Shown here one piece after another: positions 33,087 through 35,815 of a stretch of 35,815 nt of DNA. The notes beneath the pieces were generated by a model that was given only the letters and a program-made list of their open reading frames with translations, was not told the origin of the DNA and ran no database searches. Position 1 is the stretch's first letter. Each line of letters opens with the position of its first letter. The stretch is from Octopus bimaculoides (taxonomy: Eukaryota): contig NC_068984.1 of the NCBI RefSeq assembly GCF_001194135.2, positions 115,579,480-115,615,294 on the forward strand, given 5' to 3'. A program made the position numbers and the translations under genes.

Positions 33087-33779
33087 ACCATCTTTGGAAG
33101 TAGACTTTTGCCACCATGGGTAACATCAGGAAATATGGCATACAATAATCATGATGTAACTTATTTCAGATTTCTTGGTGCTGATACAAAATGATGAAAT
33201 CAATATTAATTTTCAAAAAATATTAAAATATATTTCTCATTTGTATAACTAAATCCCAAAACTACACGATCATACACTCTCCCACTCTGTATGTTTCATA
33301 CTTTGTTATTATGTGCGTGCGCCTGTATATGTGCATATAGTTTTGTTTATGCCTTGCCTGCCACCAAACCTAGTATGTGAACTCATCCTGCACCTTTTAT
33401 GTTAACTCCCTTTGTATCTCCGTTTTACTCTCTCTTACCTTATCTCTATACGATGTAAAGCAAGCAACCAACCAAACATTTATATTTGTTATTATTATGT
33501 AGGGATTATTTATTGCCTCAGTCAGACGGGCGACCTTACATGCTCTCTAGATCTGCGTATTTAGCGAATGAAATTAAGGTGGAATGTGTTTTATGAAAAG
33601 CAGAATTTCTACATTGAAAACTAATTAGCTGTTTATGTTATTTCTCCCATTTAAGAAAAAAAAAATGCTGAATTTGTAAAGAAATTATGTTGTTTTTCAT
33701 TTATAAAGAAATAGAATGGCTTTTTCATGCACGAATGTGTCCAAGATTTCAAACCAGAACGAACATGATTTCACAGGCG

Positions 33780-33960
33780 TTAAACAGAAAAATTGAAAAT
33801 AACCCAAAAAACATTTTATTACAATGAGCACACATTTTTAAAGGAGGGAATGACATTTTTGTTTGGAGTAACAATGGAGAGATCTTTCGTAGCAACAATG
33901 ATACAACAGCATCAAGAAAAATTATATTCACGTACAAGTTTAAGCTGAGTGAGAATATTT
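33780..33960 (+). mobile_element. Possible CR1/L2 LINE pre-RT fragment
   Basis: NRKIENNPKN...NNGEIFRSNNDTTA loosely resembles the CR1-type NPK...NG linker. Confidence 0.25.
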
Positions 33961-34146
33961 GCGACAATGGAAGCAGTTTCGCCTGGTTATGGGGAAGTAC
34001 TACCTTACACAGAACGGTTCAGTGTTAGCGACAGGAAGTACAGCCGGTTGTACAAAATTGGCCTCAAAAAATTCCGCCGACACTTGTGAGCATGAAAGGG
34101 AATATTAAATCAATGATTAAGACGATAATTTTATATNNNNNNNNNN

Positions 34147-34522
34147 TACTTGTTTCAGTCATTTGATTGCGGCCATGCTGGAGCACCGCCTTTAGTTGAG
34201 CAAATCGACCCCAGGACTTATTCTTTGTAAGCCTAGTACTTATTCTATCGGTCTCTTTTGCCGAACCGCTAAGTTACAGGGACGTAAACACACCAACATC
34301 GGTTGTCAAGCGATGTTTGGGGGACAAACATAGACACAAAAAACACACGCATATATATACATATATATGACGGGCTTCTTTCAGTTTCTGTCTACCAAAT
34401 CCACTCACAAGGCTTTGGTCGGCCCGAGGCTATAGTAGAAGACACTTGCCCAAAGTGCCACGCAGTGGAGCTGAACCCGGAACCATGTGGTTGGTAGGCA
34501 AGCTACTTACCACACAGCCACT
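34147..34522 (-). mobile_element. SINE family A, full length
   Basis: Complete head-core-tail, collinear with 2541-2935. Confidence 0.92.
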
Positions 34523-34538
34523 CATAAATATTTGTATA

Positions 34539-34620
34539 CAGTAATCCCTCGACTATCACGGGTGTTACGTTCCAAAACCTCCCGCGATAGGCGAAAATCC
34601 GCGAAGTAGAAACAGTACTG
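34539..34620 (+). mobile_element. Tigger/pogo-type terminal inverted repeat (one end)
   Basis: TA|CAGTAATCCCTCGACTATCACGGG ... gcgaaaatccgcgaag; other end not found. Confidence 0.6.
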
Positions 34621-35270
34621 TATTGTATATTTATTATTATAATTTTTATAATTTGTATATATTTATTTTATTATAAATGCATAACAACACCACAGAGAAA
34701 TCGACGTAAGCTTAAATAATTGTAGTGGATCTTGCATGCATAAAGTGGATTCGATCCACCATAGCCAAATTTAAATTAACACTGCAACAGAACTTATCCC
34801 ATGGTGGAACAATGGTTTTTCTCTGACAGCAGTCTTATATTTTCCAGATGCCTTTAGCTAGGCCGAAATAATGTCTTCACCACTTGACCCTTCCTAACCT
34901 TTTCTACTCCACTAAAAGCTAGAATAGAGATAACAAGACCACTAACTAAATCTATTGTTCTCAATAATATATCTATCCTTCTAGATAGTTATAAAAACAA
35001 GAGACCCCCCCAAGCAAATGAAAAGTAGTCACTTGGCGACAACAGAGCGAAGCAGCTCGTGACAACTCAATTAGTTTATCATCATAACCCTTTACTGTCA
35101 GCACTTGTGAGACAACGTTCCACGACCCTACAACTCATACTAGCTCTGATTCTATTCTTTTACAACACCACTATCTCTCTCTGTGTGGATTACTACTAAA
35201 CAATGAAGAGGACACAAACAAGCTTTACTTCGCATGTTTATGGAGCTATTATAACCTGTCCGTCGTGGTA

Positions 35271-35792
35271 AGGTATTGTAACATAACGGTAAATAAATAT
35301 TTTCTTAAAAACTATGAAGTCACTTGGAATTGTTCCAGAAGATATAGAAACCCTTGTTTGGGATCGAGTTGGATGGCGAACAAAGGTGTGGAGTGAAGTG
35401 AAGTGAAAACATTTGAAGAGGCCAGGATAACGCAAGTAAGACTCAAAAGAGATCTAACGAAGAATGTATCGATCGAGAAGGTGAATGACAATGACCTTTT
35501 TGTTTGCATAGTCTGTGACAGACAATGCCTGTCTTTTGCTGGTTTCAAATCTCATCTGCGAATGCATGGAAAACGAACCTCCACCCACTATTCTGCCTGT
35601 ATGTCTGTGCACACCTTTGAATGCAGTGTATGCTTGAAAGTTTGCAAATCCAACGGAGGCCTCAAAAGACATTTTAAGATCCACAAAGAGCAGAACTTAT
35701 CTGCAGGTCTTGGTGGCCCAAATCAGAGGTGCAATCTATGTTAGTGTTTTTTTAGAACATTGTCTGGTTTAAAAAGCCACATCAGATGCCAT
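35271..35792 (+). pseudogene. RTE-clade LINE ORF C-terminus with three C2H2 zinc fingers
   Basis: LKTMKSLGIVPEDIETLVWDRVGWRTKVWSEV / KTFEEAR...KR; C-x2-C-x12-H-x3-H at 35505-35567, 35622-35684 and 35730-35792 (TAG inside finger 3); an extra gtgaa repeat causes a frameshift. Confidence 0.75.
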
Positions 35793-35815
35793 GATGATGC
35801 AGAGATGTTGGTACA

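Noticed and set aside
35010-35060. TGGCGAC as an LTR-retrotransposon primer-binding site
   Set aside because: No identifiable LTR (TG...CA) or gag sequence nearby.

Overview
AT-rich, repeat-dense eukaryotic DNA with eight N gaps. The repeat families look like a coleoid cephalopod, probably Octopus (inference from pattern recognition, not a database search). Most of the window is decayed mobile DNA: at least four SINE-like families, about eight fragments of an R4/Dong-type restriction-like-endonuclease (REL) non-LTR retrotransposon, RTE-clade fragments, two Helitron PIF1 fragments, two internally deleted mariners, a near-full-length DD41D (rosa-type) element, hAT and Tigger pieces, a 5S rRNA pseudogene and many microsatellites. 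No intact, recognisable cellular gene was found. A weak, phase-consistent minus-strand exon chain (about 28.8 kb to 7.7 kb) lies below an ETS/CRE-like promoter motif. Best leads: (1) a tRNA-headed short element ending in a Penelope-type minimal hammerhead ribozyme, present twice and both times as a head-to-head palindrome; (2) R4/Dong-like copies inserted in (CATA)n microsatellites; (3) a long foldback containing TTAGGG-like repeats; (4) a 5S pseudogene joined to a SINE by a hairpin junction.
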